DNA of 64,000 nt from Candidatus Omnitrophota bacterium. GTDB lineage: Bacteria > Omnitrophota > Gorgyraeia > Duberdicusellales > 4484-171. Location of the stretch: positions 22,459-86,458 of the forward strand of contig JBDRDJ010000025.1 of assembly GCA_043820815.1 (NCBI GenBank), read 5' to 3'. Shown here one piece after another: positions 26,836 to 35,626 of the stretch. The position numbers were made by a program, and so were the translations under genes. How positions within the stretch are numbered: position 1 is the first letter of the stretch; each line of letters starts with the position of its first letter. A model generated the notes under the pieces. That model worked only from the letters and a program-made list of their open reading frames with translations. It did no database searches and was not told the origin of the DNA.

Positions 26836-27592
26836 CGCTTAAAATAATTATTTCTTGAGGGCCGTGAACTATAATTTCCGGGCCGTTGTATTGGCGGATT
26901 CTTCCGGTTGCTTCAACCATGCGATTTCTATAATATGAAAGAGGGTCTATGTTGTTTTCGGTAAAATAATCAATAGAATCGTTAAAAATAACAATGGTAA
27001 AGTCGGTTCTATAATTCTTGCCAAAATTTAGAAATATACAACTTTCTGATTTGTAAGTATTTACAACTTTACCGTGAACTGTCCGGATTTGGTCTATGTA
27101 ATTATGCGCTGAATCGCTGTCTATTGTTTCATAGGCTCCCCAAAGGCCGTTTTTCATCTCTTTCGCATAACGATAGGCACTAAGAAGGTTTTCAGAGTAT
27201 TTAACATTAGGGGGCCGCGTATAAAGGGAGGCGTAACCTTGCCTTAAGATTTCCGCATTGATAAAAGTATCTTCGATAAAGCAGTAGCCAAGGAGGCGTT
27301 TATATTTATCATATCTTTCTACGTCAAACTCTACGCGTATGAATCTGCCCATTACAAGATTGCGGTTAAATTCTTTAGCTTCAAGTGAAAAAGGCTGGGG
27401 ATTATAGGCAAATTTTTTTGCGCTCTTTATATATGTTTCCGGAGTGTCAATACCGATATATCTTACGATTTCTCCGTTAGAAAGTTTAATTGTATCGCCG
27501 TCAATAACTTCTACGACCTGGATTCTTGAATAATCAGGAGCGGCTTGGCAGGAGGCGGCGAAAAATGATATTAATAGTAGGTATATTCTCAC
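26828..27592 (-). CDS. Secreted thermonuclease (SNase family) with C-terminal extra domain
   Basis: Signal peptide. VVEVIDGDTIKLSNGEIVRYIGIDTPE and KYKRLLGY...NAEILRQGYA are staphylococcal-nuclease-like motifs. Confidence 0.8.
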   Translation of the reverse strand: MRIYLLLISFFAASCQAAPDYSRIQVVEVIDGDTIKLSNGEIVRYIGIDTPETYIKSAKKFAYNPQPFSLEAKEFNRNLVMGRFIRVEFDVERYDKYKRLLGYCFIEDTFINAEILRQGYASLYTRPPNVKYSENLLSAYRYAKEMKNGLWGAYETIDSDSAHNYIDQIRTVHGKVVNTYKSESCIFLNFGKNYRTDFTIVIFNDSIDYFTENNIDPLSYYRNRMVEATGRIRQYNGPEIIVHGPQEIIILSDE

Positions 27593-27963
27593 TCGAGGTC
27601 TTCGATGAGTTGAATGAATATTTTTTGTGCGAATTCAGGTTTGGGAAGAAAATACTTACGCGCCGAGATTCTCAAGCGTTGAACTTCTTTGGTAATATTG
27701 TCAATGCGGATTACCAGGGTTTTTTCTGCAATCATAGCCCGGATATACCCTTTTGATTCGTTGACTGTGACAAGGTTGGCATTCATGCCTTCAAGTTTAT
27801 CAATGCACAAATCCCACAAAATCCGGTATTCGGCATGGACATTGCCTATTGCGGTGTCATTGCTTACGGTGTAGCCGGCTAAAGCTCCTGTTGCACCAAT
27901 CAAAATAGGCGCACACCCGCAAAAAACGAATAAGCCTGTTAAAATAAAAATTTGCCTTCCCAT
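27589..27963 (-). CDS. Small lipoprotein (DUF3568-like)
   Basis: The internal start MGRQIFILTGLFVFCGC gives a signal peptide plus lipobox. The track ORF extends to 28047. The family assignment is tentative. Confidence 0.4.
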   Translation of the reverse strand: MGRQIFILTGLFVFCGCAPILIGATGALAGYTVSNDTAIGNVHAEYRILWDLCIDKLEGMNANLVTVNESKGYIRAMIAEKTLVIRIDNITKEVQRLRISARKYFLPKPEFAQKIFIQLIEDLE

Positions 27964-28068
27964 ATTACAAAGTATATCAGATTTTATAACGCGTGCAAGT
28001 ATTTGTTGGTTTATCTTAATAAATTGATTAGAAGCGGTTTCAAACATAACATTAAAATCGACGACCGT

Positions 28069-29028
28069 TCATTCTAATGTTATGTTTGAGCCGGGTTGAT
28101 GAATATGTTTAAAGCTATTAGCAGTGAGCTCAAGGCTTTTTCTTGCTTGGTACGGAGGGTTAAAACCTAAAGATTTGATCCGGCTTATATCAAAAATTTT
28201 ATCTTTTGTAAATGTGGCAAAGCGTTTTCCAAGAAAAGGCAGACTTAACAAAAATGGATTAACGCAGAGCGGAACTGAGAAAGCGGGCTTTGTACCTATT
28301 GCATCTGAGAAAATATCGAATATTTCCCTTATGGTAAGGGCTTCTTCGTCAGCTGTAAAGAAAGATCCCTTTAAGAATTCTTTCTTTGTAAGAGAATAAA
28401 TCAATGCGCTTGCGACATTTTTTACATACGCCATATGAAGTTTGTGTTTTCCGTTTTCAATTAAGGGCAAGAGGCGAAATTTAAGGAGAAAAAGCAGCTT
28501 TTTTAACATATGAGGTTCTTCTTCACCGTATACCACAGGCGGCCGGATTATAACCGCAGGTAATCCCATTTTTCTAAACTCAATTATTTTCAATTCTGCT
28601 TCTGTTTTTGATAAACCGTAGGCATTGGTTGGGCAGTAGCTAACATCTTCTGTAACAGGAATTTGTAAACTTGCGCCAACAACCGCAATAGAGCTGACAT
28701 GGACGAATCTTAAAACAGATAGTTTTAATGCAAGACGGCAGATGTTTTCAGTGCCGATAACATTTGTTTTGTAAAGCAGTTTATAGTTTTTACTCATAAC
28801 CAGTGCAGCAGAGTGAAAGATTGCATCGAACTTTAGGCTTTCAATTGGTTTTAAACTTTGCTTGTCCGTTATGTCGCCATAAATTACCTTTGCGCCGAGA
28901 GATTCAACTATGTGAGCTTTTTTTGGATCGCGGATAAGGCAGGTTATTTTATGATTAGTCGTAGCTGCTAATTCCTTTAGCAATGTTTTTCCTATAAATC
29001 CGGTTGCTCCGGTTATCAGTATATTCAT
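28069..29028 (-). CDS. NAD-dependent epimerase/dehydratase (extended SDR)
   Basis: ILITGATGFIGKTL Rossmann motif and YGLSK catalytic YxxxK. Confidence 0.8.
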   Translation of the reverse strand: MNILITGATGFIGKTLLKELAATTNHKITCLIRDPKKAHIVESLGAKVIYGDITDKQSLKPIESLKFDAIFHSAALVMSKNYKLLYKTNVIGTENICRLALKLSVLRFVHVSSIAVVGASLQIPVTEDVSYCPTNAYGLSKTEAELKIIEFRKMGLPAVIIRPPVVYGEEEPHMLKKLLFLLKFRLLPLIENGKHKLHMAYVKNVASALIYSLTKKEFLKGSFFTADEEALTIREIFDIFSDAIGTKPAFSVPLCVNPFLLSLPFLGKRFATFTKDKIFDISRIKSLGFNPPYQARKSLELTANSFKHIHQPGSNITLE

Positions 29029-29999
29029 TTTTTAAGAACAGCGAGCTGCGAATCGCGTTCGGTAAGAATTTCGTTAATTGTATGCATATCGCCTTCTGAA
29101 ATCTGAAAGCCGTAGCTTTTAGAATTTTCATCAGCCTGAATCTTATTGCGTGCTCCGACAATTGATGAGGCTATTGACTTTTGTGAGAAATTCCAGTTTA
29201 TGGCAAGTTGAGCCAGTGATTTACCGTATGATAAGGCAATATCTTTAAGCGAGATTAGAATTTTTCTATTGATAGAAAATCCAGGCTCTTCTAAGTCGGC
29301 CTTTTTCATTTTTCTGTTTGTATCGTCAGGAATTTTAATATTATCAAAAAAGAATTTGCCGGTTAAGATACCGCTATACAACGACGCATAACTTATAATG
29401 CCTATATTATTCTTAAGGCAAAACGGCACTATCTTGCTTTCGATTTCCCTGTTAAACATGCTATAGGGAGGCTGAAGGCTGTGCAAAGGGCAATACTTCA
29501 TGAATTCAGCTATTTGTTCGATGCTGAAGTTGCTCACACCAACAGATTTGATAACCCTATTCTTAAATAACTTATCAAAAACTTCGGCGGTTTCGCCGAT
29601 AGGGGTGTTTTTATCCGGCCAGTGTGCCTGGTATAAATCAAAGTAATCCGTACGAAGGCGGGATCTTGATTCATCGAGTTCTTCGAGAATCCTTTTTTTA
29701 CTCAAATCGTGAATGATTTTAGGGCCTTGCCAGGATAAACCGGCTTTAGTTGATATCAGAACTTTCTGGCGCAAATTTTTCTTACTTAAAAACGCGCCTA
29801 TTATTTTTTCTGAACGCCCTTTACCGTAAATCGGCGCTGTATCTATAAAATTGATTCCGGAGTTAATCACGCAATCGAGCGTTTCAACTGAATCCCTGTC
29901 ATCCTGTTTGCCCCACCAATTGTCACCGCCAAAAGCCCATGTTCCCAGGCTAATCACTGAAACTTCAAGCTCGCTTGTCCCTAATTTTCTGTATTCCAT
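29025..29999 (-). CDS. Aldo/keto reductase
   Basis: LGTSELEVSVISLGTW, IDTAPIYGKGRSE, and overall AKR layout. Confidence 0.8.
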   Translation of the reverse strand: MEYRKLGTSELEVSVISLGTWAFGGDNWWGKQDDRDSVETLDCVINSGINFIDTAPIYGKGRSEKIIGAFLSKKNLRQKVLISTKAGLSWQGPKIIHDLSKKRILEELDESRSRLRTDYFDLYQAHWPDKNTPIGETAEVFDKLFKNRVIKSVGVSNFSIEQIAEFMKYCPLHSLQPPYSMFNREIESKIVPFCLKNNIGIISYASLYSGILTGKFFFDNIKIPDDTNRKMKKADLEEPGFSINRKILISLKDIALSYGKSLAQLAINWNFSQKSIASSIVGARNKIQADENSKSYGFQISEGDMHTINEILTERDSQLAVLKK

Positions 30000-30038
30000 A
30001 TTAATAATAAAATATCATTGCTACCGGTATGGTGCCTG

Positions 30039-31535
30039 CTAAAAGTACAGGTCTCGCTCCCCTCTTTTTATTCGTTCATAATATAGCTTAAATCTTTGGT
30101 AGTAGTCAGGAAGAGATTTTTTTATTTCATCGATTTCTTTATTGATAATTTTTTCGCCGGCTAAAAGCGTTTTTTCTGAAGCAAAATCATCGAGCCATTC
30201 CCGGAACGTTAATACCGCGTTTAATTTACAGAATTTTGCTTCTTGACACTCGCGAAGCAGTTCCATAATACATTTACCGGTTCTCTGACATCTATAACCT
30301 GCTGTGCAGAAGGATGTTATATATCCTAACTCAGCGAATTCCATGATTAATTCATCAAGGCTGCGTGTATCGCCCAGTATAAATTGCTGTTTTGAGGCAA
30401 CCTGAGAGCTGGTTTCTTTACTGTAAGAGCCTATGCCGATCCTTGTTGAAGCATCGGTTTGAGTTATTCCTAAAGATAGGGATTTTCGGCGAATTTCTGC
30501 ATTTTCACGTGCCGTGATAATAAGTCCGGTATGAGGCACACAAAGCCTCAAAACAAGGATTATTTTCATAAAATCTTCATCACTCACTTTAAAAGCAGCA
30601 TTTGTGGTAAAAGGCGTATTTATCGCAGGCAGAAGGCGGGGAAATGATATGGTATGCGCCCCTACACCGAATGTTTTCTCAAGTTCAATATTATGAGCAG
30701 CTAAAGCCAAAACTTCAAATTTCCAGTCATAAAGGCCGAAAAGGGCCCCTAAGCCCACGTCATCTATACTCGCTTCAAATGCACGGTGCACCGCGTACAA
30801 GCGCCATTTATAATTTCCTTTAACAGTTCTTTGAGGGTGTATTTTGCTATAAGTTTGATGGTGGTAAGTTTCCTGAAAAATCTGATATGTCCCTATTCCG
30901 CAGCCGGCAAGGCGTTTTAATTCTTCAATAGAAAGCGCCGGTGCGTTTACGTTTACCCGGCGAATTTGACCATAGCCGCGCTTGGTGGGCACTTTAACGC
31001 CATAAATTGATTTTATGGAGTCTACCATGTAATCTATGTCATTCAAAGGGTGCTCGCCGTAGACTACTATGAGGCGTTTGTGCCCGATTGACCCGGCAAG
31101 TGTTTGCGTTTCGCTCAGTATTTCGTCCGTTGAAAGGGCCGCGCGTTCAATGTCTTTATTTGAATGGCGGAAACCGCAATAAAGGCAGTCGTTTATGCAG
31201 TGATTACCCAGATAAAGCGGTGCGAAGGTAACGATTCTGTTGTCGTAGATTTTTTTCTTAACAATTGCCGCGCTTTCTTTCATTTGAGAAAGCATATCAG
31301 GTTGGTTAACATTTAAAAGAGCAGCTGTTTCATCCATTGAAAGTGTTGCAATCGAGCGCGATTTAGCAAGAATATCGATTATTTTCTTTTTATCCGGGCT
31401 ATGATTGCGGTTAAGAGTATCGATAATGGATTCATCACGTATAAAATCTGAAGAACCCTTACAGTATTTATTTATCTGATCTTTTTTGATGCGTCCTTTT
31501 TTCCAGGAGGTGTTATTAAAAGATTCTACTTTCAT
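30039..31535 (-). CDS. hydG: HydG-type radical SAM tyrosine lyase (H-cluster maturase family) with variant C-terminal Cys motif
   Basis: FAPLYLGNHCINDCLYCGF (Cx3Cx2C), ThiH-like core, C-terminal SFCTAGYRCQRTG...FCKLNA and GERDLYF ending. Confidence 0.8.
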   Translation of the reverse strand: MKVESFNNTSWKKGRIKKDQINKYCKGSSDFIRDESIIDTLNRNHSPDKKKIIDILAKSRSIATLSMDETAALLNVNQPDMLSQMKESAAIVKKKIYDNRIVTFAPLYLGNHCINDCLYCGFRHSNKDIERAALSTDEILSETQTLAGSIGHKRLIVVYGEHPLNDIDYMVDSIKSIYGVKVPTKRGYGQIRRVNVNAPALSIEELKRLAGCGIGTYQIFQETYHHQTYSKIHPQRTVKGNYKWRLYAVHRAFEASIDDVGLGALFGLYDWKFEVLALAAHNIELEKTFGVGAHTISFPRLLPAINTPFTTNAAFKVSDEDFMKIILVLRLCVPHTGLIITARENAEIRRKSLSLGITQTDASTRIGIGSYSKETSSQVASKQQFILGDTRSLDELIMEFAELGYITSFCTAGYRCQRTGKCIMELLRECQEAKFCKLNAVLTFREWLDDFASEKTLLAGEKIINKEIDEIKKSLPDYYQRFKLYYERIKRGERDLYF

Positions 31536-31538
31536 GTG

Positions 31539-32189
31539 TTAAAAATTGTTTCTTTGTTTTGTAAAAAAAATAATACTTTCTAATTCTGTCGCCATATCGA
31601 CATTTGATACCCAGACATCATCGGGAACCCTAAGGATTATCGGAGAGAAATTAAGAATTCCTTTTATGCCGCAGGCACAAAGCTTGCTGGCTACTTCCTG
31701 GGCATTTTCCGGAGGTGTCGATATTATTGATATCCTTATCTTATTATTTCTTAAAATTTTATCTATGTTATTAATATCCTCTATTTTTACTCCGTTAAGA
31801 GTTTTACCGATTTTTCTCTTGTCGCAATCTAAGGCATGGGTTATTTTAAGATTAAACTGCCTGAATCCCTCAAAGGCAAGAAGTGCGCTCCCAAGCCTCC
31901 CGGCTCCTGTCAGCACTATTGGCCACTCTTTGTTAACTCCTAAAATCGTTTCAATTTCTTTAATTAGCCGGTTTACTTTATATCCCACTCCTCTTTTCCC
32001 GAATCCGCCAAAGAATGAGAGGTCTTTTCTGAATTGATCCGGTGTAACGTTTAATAATTTTGTTATCACACGCGAAGAAATTACTTCTTTGCCTTCGATA
32101 TGTAATTTTCGCAAACCCCGCAGATACAGGCTTAGGCGTTTTATTGTTTCCGAAGAAAAATTATTTTTATGCGTAGAGGTTTTTTTCAT
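31539..32189 (-). CDS. rex: Redox-sensing transcriptional repressor Rex
   Basis: TIKRLSLYLRGLRKL winged-helix N-terminus and GAGRLGSAL Rossmann motif, about 210 aa. Confidence 0.85.
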   Translation of the reverse strand: MKKTSTHKNNFSSETIKRLSLYLRGLRKLHIEGKEVISSRVITKLLNVTPDQFRKDLSFFGGFGKRGVGYKVNRLIKEIETILGVNKEWPIVLTGAGRLGSALLAFEGFRQFNLKITHALDCDKRKIGKTLNGVKIEDINNIDKILRNNKIRISIISTPPENAQEVASKLCACGIKGILNFSPIILRVPDDVWVSNVDMATELESIIFFTKQRNNF

Positions 32190-33489
32190 CTTTGTTTAAA
32201 CCTAAATCTGCAGGGGCTCTGCCTAAGAATTTCAGCATTTTTATCACTTCATCGACTTGGGACTTTAACCCATCGTTTATATGTGCTTTATCCGGATAAA
32301 TAGAATAAAGTTTTCTGCGGCTGATAGGTGTTACGTTAATCATAAGGGAATTCGCACCTGACATTAAACCTTTCTTTCTGGCATCAATACTTAAAGTTTC
32401 AAAAGCTGTTGTAACGGGAATTTTGGCATTTAGCGGATCAATTATACGCGCAAGGGCAATAACTTTAAGGACAAGATCCTGATTACAGGCAGGGTGGTTA
32501 CCTAAGGGAGTGCTCGGATGAGGGATAAACGGCCCAAAAGAATACATTTCGCAGCCAAGCTCTTTCGCTAAATATAAATCATTTATAATGTCATCATTCG
32601 TTTGGCCGGGAAGGCCGATAAGAGCGCCGGTCATGATAAGGTAGCCCATATCTTTAGCCGCTTTTAAATGTTTAATTCTTGTGCTTAAGTCATGATTTGG
32701 GTTGAGTCGGCAATATAGTTTTTCGTTTGATGTCTCAAATCTCAAGAGCAGCGCTCTTGCGCCGCAATTATAGAGTTCCTTAAGCCCCTCTACCCCTATT
32801 TCGCCAAAGCTTATTCCTATAAGGGTATCGGCGCCTTCCTTTATCTTTTTTACAATCATAGATAGATCCTTAATGGTGTATGAGGCAGTTTCTGCGCTTT
32901 GGAGAATAAGGGAGCCAAAACCGTAATCGCTAACAGCCCTAACGGCAGATTCAATCACTTCTTCATTTTTCATATGGTAACGAGGTATTTCTTTATTATG
33001 AATCGATATGCCGCAATAAAAGCAGTTACGTAAGCAATCGTTTGATATTTCGATTATTCCGTGAACACAACATGAGTTTTTGTGATATTTTTGACGGATA
33101 AAATTTGCCGCCTTAAGAAGTAAATCTAAATCTTTCGGGGCGTTAATATTAAGAAGGTAGGTAAGGTCGTTGCGAGAAAGCGCTATATTCTCCATGGCTT
33201 TATCAAGAATTAAGCGAAGTTTTTTATCAGTGGTTTCGTCCGGTTTAAAATCAGATAAGCGCCTGTCCACATCCTGAAGCTGGAAAAATAATTCTTTCCA
33301 GGCGCTAAGTATACTTTTTGCTTCATCCTCGGGTATTTTCTTTATTATGAATCCGCCCTGCGCGGAAACATAGTCGCCTTTTTCGAGCTTGTAGAATTCA
33401 TTCCGGGCTTTTTTCTCTTCGCCGAAGTAATCGACCAAGACTGTTGTGCCTTTAATATCCTTTACTATGCCTGGTATTGAATAACACAT
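32167..33489 (-). CDS. HypC/HupF-like domain fused to HydE-type radical SAM enzyme
   Basis: The N-terminal ~70 aa (MCYSIPGIVKDIKGTTVLVDYFGEEK...GDYVSAQGGFIIKKIPEDEA) fit the HypC pattern with Cys2. The remainder has CLRNCFYCG and BioB/HydE-like motifs (RFETSN, GLPGQT, FGPFIPHPSTPL). Confidence 0.7.
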   Translation of the reverse strand: MCYSIPGIVKDIKGTTVLVDYFGEEKKARNEFYKLEKGDYVSAQGGFIIKKIPEDEAKSILSAWKELFFQLQDVDRRLSDFKPDETTDKKLRLILDKAMENIALSRNDLTYLLNINAPKDLDLLLKAANFIRQKYHKNSCCVHGIIEISNDCLRNCFYCGISIHNKEIPRYHMKNEEVIESAVRAVSDYGFGSLILQSAETASYTIKDLSMIVKKIKEGADTLIGISFGEIGVEGLKELYNCGARALLLRFETSNEKLYCRLNPNHDLSTRIKHLKAAKDMGYLIMTGALIGLPGQTNDDIINDLYLAKELGCEMYSFGPFIPHPSTPLGNHPACNQDLVLKVIALARIIDPLNAKIPVTTAFETLSIDARKKGLMSGANSLMINVTPISRRKLYSIYPDKAHINDGLKSQVDEVIKMLKFLGRAPADLGLNKDEKNLYA

Positions 33490-33492
33490 ATC

Positions 33493-33735
33493 TTATTCTA
33501 TATCAAACGAGAGAACTTGAATTATTGTGCCGGGGAAAAAGGTAATTTCTAAGTCCGCGCCGCATAGAATTGTATCTTTTGTTAATAAAGCGAATGTTTC
33601 TTTAAATGATTCTTCTTTTACACAAGTTAAGTCACCGATTTTTAAGTGAATTTTTGTAACCTTTTTCGCATTTTCCTTTTGAGCGTGTTCACATATTCCT
33701 TTAACAACGGGCTCGATTAAGTGTGTTTCATGCAT
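33493..33735 (-). CDS. HypA-like nickel-metallochaperone N-terminal domain only (no zinc-ribbon)
   Basis: 80 aa starting MHE (HypA Ni-binding MHE motif), with VTKIHLKIGDLTCV. The CxxC...CxxC Zn module expected in ~113-aa HypA is missing. Confidence 0.55.
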   Translation of the reverse strand: MHETHLIEPVVKGICEHAQKENAKKVTKIHLKIGDLTCVKEESFKETFALLTKDTILCGADLEITFFPGTIIQVLSFDIE

Positions 33736-34196
33736 TTTTCCACCTCATTGATTGCTGAAACTAATAAATTTAAACTGTTTTTTACTTCCTCCGAAATCTC
33801 TGAACCAAAGGTAACATTTTTGGGTTGAATTCCCAGAAGATAAATCACGGCATTGGTTTCCTTCTCTAATATTTCTATGAGCATATTTGGGGAAAGATCG
33901 TGAGTTGTAAAGCCGCTTGGCAGTATATCTTCTTTTTTTAGCAGTTCATAGGATCCGCAGGCTGCATTAAGATGAACAGCATCTACCAACAAAACCGTAT
34001 CCGGTTTTTCTTTAATTACTTTGCCAATATAATTTTCAGGAGCAGTTCCGCAGTCGATACAAATAAAATCAGAAGTGTTTTTAAGGCTGTTGACAAAAAG
34101 AGGCCCAAACCCATCATCGCCGCGTAAAATATTTCCAATACCTGCGATAACAACCTTACCTTTAAGAATTTCCTTTAATCTTTCTTCTATTTTCAC
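33717..34196 (-). CDS. Hydrogenase maturation endopeptidase (HycI/HyaD family)
   Basis: GIGNILRGDDGFGP motif and later HDLSP. GTG start. Confidence 0.8.
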   Translation of the reverse strand: MKIEERLKEILKGKVVIAGIGNILRGDDGFGPLFVNSLKNTSDFICIDCGTAPENYIGKVIKEKPDTVLLVDAVHLNAACGSYELLKKEDILPSGFTTHDLSPNMLIEILEKETNAVIYLLGIQPKNVTFGSEISEEVKNSLNLLVSAINEVEKCMKHT

Positions 34197-34254
34197 GAAT
34201 TAAGTATCCCGTTTGTCATTTGTCATTGGGATTTTTCTCTTAAGGTATGCAATT

Positions 34255-34863
34255 TTACTCAGTAGTAAGCGTGGTTTGCCGCCTGCATCGGGCACAAAGG
34301 ATTTTTGACCTGTCACAGCGGCCAAAGTCACGCAATGCAGAAGTTAAATTATCATCAATAATGCCGAGGCTTTTAAGGCGTGATAAATACAGCGTGGGGT
34401 TTGAATAGGTAAGTTCTCCGATGCGTTCGGCAATCCATTTAAGATGGTCTTTAGGGCCTATAACAGCGCCGCAAATTTCGCATAACTGTAACTCTTTTTC
34501 AATTGTTTCATATGCTTTGGTTCTATCAAAGAATGAAAGTTCCCATTCATTTGAAAGTTTAATACCTTCATTATCGGCTATGCATGCTGCCTGGCACTGT
34601 CCGCAGAATATACAGGTATCAGTATAGTGAATCATAGTCCTTACGGGATTTTTAGCATCAGTAGAATCTTGATGAGCAATCGCCTCAACCGGGCAGACTT
34701 CTTCGCAGGAAAGGCAGCCCACGCATTTATCCGCATTGAATTTCGGCTGGCCCCTGAAATTAGGATGAGCGATATGCGGTTCTTTTGGAAATTTCGAGGT
34801 GTAAGGCCCCTTTATCAAAGCAACAACCGCCTCTTTTAGTTCTCTAAGTTTAGGTAGCTTCAT
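34255..34863 (-). CDS. 4Fe-4S ferredoxin-type hydrogenase subunit (NuoI/MbhN-like)
   Basis: CVGCLSCEEVCPVEAI and CIFCGQCQAAC dicluster motifs. Confidence 0.75.
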   Translation of the reverse strand: MKLPKLRELKEAVVALIKGPYTSKFPKEPHIAHPNFRGQPKFNADKCVGCLSCEEVCPVEAIAHQDSTDAKNPVRTMIHYTDTCIFCGQCQAACIADNEGIKLSNEWELSFFDRTKAYETIEKELQLCEICGAVIGPKDHLKWIAERIGELTYSNPTLYLSRLKSLGIIDDNLTSALRDFGRCDRSKILCARCRRQTTLTTE

Positions 34864-34901
34864 GATTTTTAATCTTTAATTTTTGATTTTTGATTTTATT
34901 A

Positions 34902-35234
34902 TCAGGCTTCGCCTTCCTTGTCTTCTTTATATTTATCAACCACGCTTTCATCGCAGAGCTTAACTCCTGCCCGGTGGGCTCCTCTTGCAATTGCATGGGC
35001 AGCAACAGGAGAAGTCAGCAAAAGAAAAACCATGCATAAAAGAGCTTTAAACCCTGCGGCAGTCGTGCCAACAATCAAAAATGTGCCGAATAAGATACTG
35101 CATGTCCCAAGAGTAACGCACTTAGTCGCCGCCTGCAGGCGGTTATATACATCGGGAAGCCTTACCAGGCCAATACAGCCGATTAAGTCAAAACCAAGCC
35201 CGATACTGATAAGTAAAAAGCCAATAAATTGCAT
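34902..35234 (-). CDS. Mrp/Mnh antiporter subunit G-like (MbhC-type)
   Basis: GCIGLVRLPDVYNRLQAATKCVTLG matches the MnhG core. Confidence 0.75.
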   Translation of the reverse strand: MQFIGFLLISIGLGFDLIGCIGLVRLPDVYNRLQAATKCVTLGTCSILFGTFLIVGTTAAGFKALLCMVFLLLTSPVAAHAIARGAHRAGVKLCDESVVDKYKEDKEGEA

Positions 35235-35620
35235 TATTCCTCGAATCCTTTTCCTTCTAAATATTTAGATAGGGCAAGAGTGCTGATAAAGCTTTGCAAA
35301 GCCCATGCTATAGCAATATCGATATACCACGACCGTTTAGTTACAATAGTAAAAATACAGCAAAGGCCGACTATCATTATTCCCATTATATCTATTGCAA
35401 CAATACGGTCTGCGCCGGTTGGCCCAAGCGCTATCCGAAATAAGGCCAAAGCGAAGGAAATAAGCAAAACATAAAATGACCTGCTTAAGAATCCCGCATA
35501 CGGCATATCGCTCCAAAAAAGAAGCGTTGGAGGACGCATTAAAACATAAGCCGCAAGGCCTATTAAAATTAATAACCCGAGAAGCCAACGCTTAAATGAT
35601 TTATTTTTCCGCAGTTTCAT
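35234..35620 (-). CDS. Mrp/Mnh antiporter subunit F-like (MbhB-type)
   Basis: LGPTGADRIVAIDIMG motif. 3-TM small protein. Confidence 0.7.
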   Translation of the reverse strand: MKLRKNKSFKRWLLGLLILIGLAAYVLMRPPTLLFWSDMPYAGFLSRSFYVLLISFALALFRIALGPTGADRIVAIDIMGIMIVGLCCIFTIVTKRSWYIDIAIAWALQSFISTLALSKYLEGKGFEE

Positions 35621-35626
35621 AATTTG

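Noticed and set aside
30039-33489. The presence of HydG/HydE as evidence for an [FeFe] hydrogenase in this window
   Set aside because: None of the listed ORFs shows HydA H-cluster motifs or a HydF GTPase. The only hydrogenase catalytic subunit seen is the [NiFe] large subunit at 40655-41839. An [FeFe] enzyme elsewhere in the genome cannot be excluded.
35337-35588. Same-strand out-of-frame ORFs nested in larger genes (35337-35588, 44260-44487, 1081-1299, 10836-11084, 36605-36844, 39271-39459, 55788-56012, 28955-29161)
   Set aside because: They are alternative frames of well-supported genes. They have no independent signals and their composition is typical of off-frame translation.
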